This document shows, piece after piece, positions 63,053 to 64,000 of a stretch of DNA of 64,000 nucleotides. Source of the stretch: an uncultured Anaerolineae bacterium. GTDB taxonomy: Bacteria; Chloroflexota; Anaerolineae; JAFGEY01. The notes under the pieces are model-generated. The model saw nothing but the letters and a program-made list of their open reading frames with translations, made no database searches and was not told the origin of the DNA. The stretch is from the NCBI GenBank assembly GCA_964449465.1, contig CAYVBK010000012.1, positions 26,552 through 90,551 of the forward strand, read 5' to 3'. How positions within the stretch are numbered: position 1 is the first letter of the stretch; the number at the start of each line of letters is the position of its first letter. The position numbers and the translations under genes were made by a program.

Positions 63053-64000
63053 TCAGGCATCTTGACTGGTGTGGATCAGGCCCTGCTGCAAAGCCTGCTC
63101 AAAAGACAACAGCGGCGTCGGCCCCGCAGGCTGAGCAGGCCCACTGCTCTCGGACGGCTCGGCAGTTTGAGTCGGCACGGCTGTCTTGGCCGTTGTCGGG
63201 GCTGGCACGGCGCGCGGCCCGGCAGTTTTGGGGGAGGTCGGCACGCTCAAAAGCTGATCAAACCCTGCCTCCAGTTCGGCCTGGACATGCTCGGCCGGAG
63301 CATGTCCCCACAGGCCAGCTGATTGGGTGACCGGCGCCGTTTTGGCAATCTCGACAGCGGCCTGCTTGGTATAAAACCACACCACGCCGGGTTTGCTTTC
63401 TGCGCCAAAGATGACGGCCAGCAGCAATTCGTTATTGATCTGATAAGAATAAATGTTGTAATCGGGGCCTTCGTGATAGCTGGATTTGAACACCGACCCG
63501 CTGCCCAACAGCCGGGCAACCTCGGCAGCGGCGATAAAGTTGGCCGCGACCAGCGCGCCCAGGCTGGTCAGGTCGAGGTCTTGGGTTGTGCCGACCGAAT
63601 CAATGGTATAACCGTCGGCGCTGAGCAACAACACACTGCGCGCCCCGGTGTTGGTGCGCAATGTTTGCAGTTGCGCCGAAGCGTCAAAATCATCCCAGAG
63701 TGCGGCCGGTTGGTCGGCATCTTGATGCGAGGTCAACGCCAGAGCATTGCTGACAATGGCGCGAATTTCGTCAATCTTGAAAGGCTTGTCAATGTACCCG
63801 CGAATGCCCAGATATTGCGTCCGGTCGCGCAGCCGGTCGGCGCCAAAGGCGGTCATCAAGACCACCTGTGTGTTGGGCGAAACGGAGCGAATGGCCGTAG
63901 CCAGGTCAATGCCGCTCATACCCGGCATACGATAATCGGTGATCACCAGATCATAGGGCTGCGGCGCATTCTGAATCATATCCAGAGCCTTTTTGCTGTC
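63053..64000 (-). CDS. Receiver domain fused to an MglB-like roadblock domain (5'-truncated by window edge)
   Basis: Frame is open to the window end. YDLVITDYRMPGMSG..LMTAFG..IDKPF, then VLLLSADG..LVAANFIAAAEVARLLG..HEG..PGVVW, then a Pro/Ala/Thr-rich tail. Confidence 0.88.
   Translation of the reverse strand, partial: DSKKALDMIQNAPQPYDLVITDYRMPGMSGIDLATAIRSVSPNTQVVLMTAFGADRLRDRTQYLGIRGYIDKPFKIDEIRAIVSNALALTSHQDADQPAALWDDFDASAQLQTLRTNTGARSVLLLSADGYTIDSVGTTQDLDLTSLGALVAANFIAAAEVARLLGSGSVFKSSYHEGPDYNIYSYQINNELLLAVIFGAESKPGVVWFYTKQAAVEIAKTAPVTQSAGLWGHAPAEHVQAELEAGFDQLLSVPTSPKTAGPRAVPAPTTAKTAVPTQTAEPSESSGPAQPAGPTPLLSFEQALQQGLIHTSQDA

Overview
GC-rich bacterial chromosome segment, probably Chloroflexota/Anaerolineae-like (inferred from gene content and repeat style, not proven). 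I found no rRNA, tRNA, integrase, transposase or cas gene. In order it holds: a 5'-truncated GAF-PAS histidine kinase; a NACHT-like/HEAT protein followed by topA; a P1B heavy-metal ATPase with a MerR-type promoter; sulfatase and plsY; a livKHMGF-type ABC operon; a deoxynucleoside kinase with an Hfq/Sm-like gene, a 36-35-36 bp repeat-spacer-repeat unit and a SWIM-finger gene; a catabolic run of HypD-like glycyl radical enzyme, DMT transporter, nucleoside phosphorylase, GH38, FabG, MaoC and MBL hydrolase; nth; a long minus-strand trpE-G-D-S-C / argC-B-D-A / carA run behind a Trp T-box, with a TA pair and a GNAT separating carA from carB; a nitroreductase; an AAA ATPase; an orphan solute-binding lipoprotein; and a ~14.6 kb minus-strand signalling cluster. 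That cluster contains MglA, four roadblock-domain proteins, a V4R-like protein, a COOH-NH2 amidoligase, a class II glutamine amidotransferase, three kinases and a response regulator. Best candidates for new biology: (1) an unannotated Arg-codon leader peptide (MRDLFLNTLRRRLGFHLI) plus terminator ahead of argC, i.e. ribosome-mediated attenuation of arginine genes; (2) the amidoligase/amidotransferase pair embedded in an MglAB-V4R-kinase operon; (3) the Hfq-like gene, repeat-spacer unit and sRNA/leader locus; (4) palindromic elements inserted in frame into topA and probably carB, alongside several MITE/REP families. All family calls come from motif recognition by eye; no database search was run.
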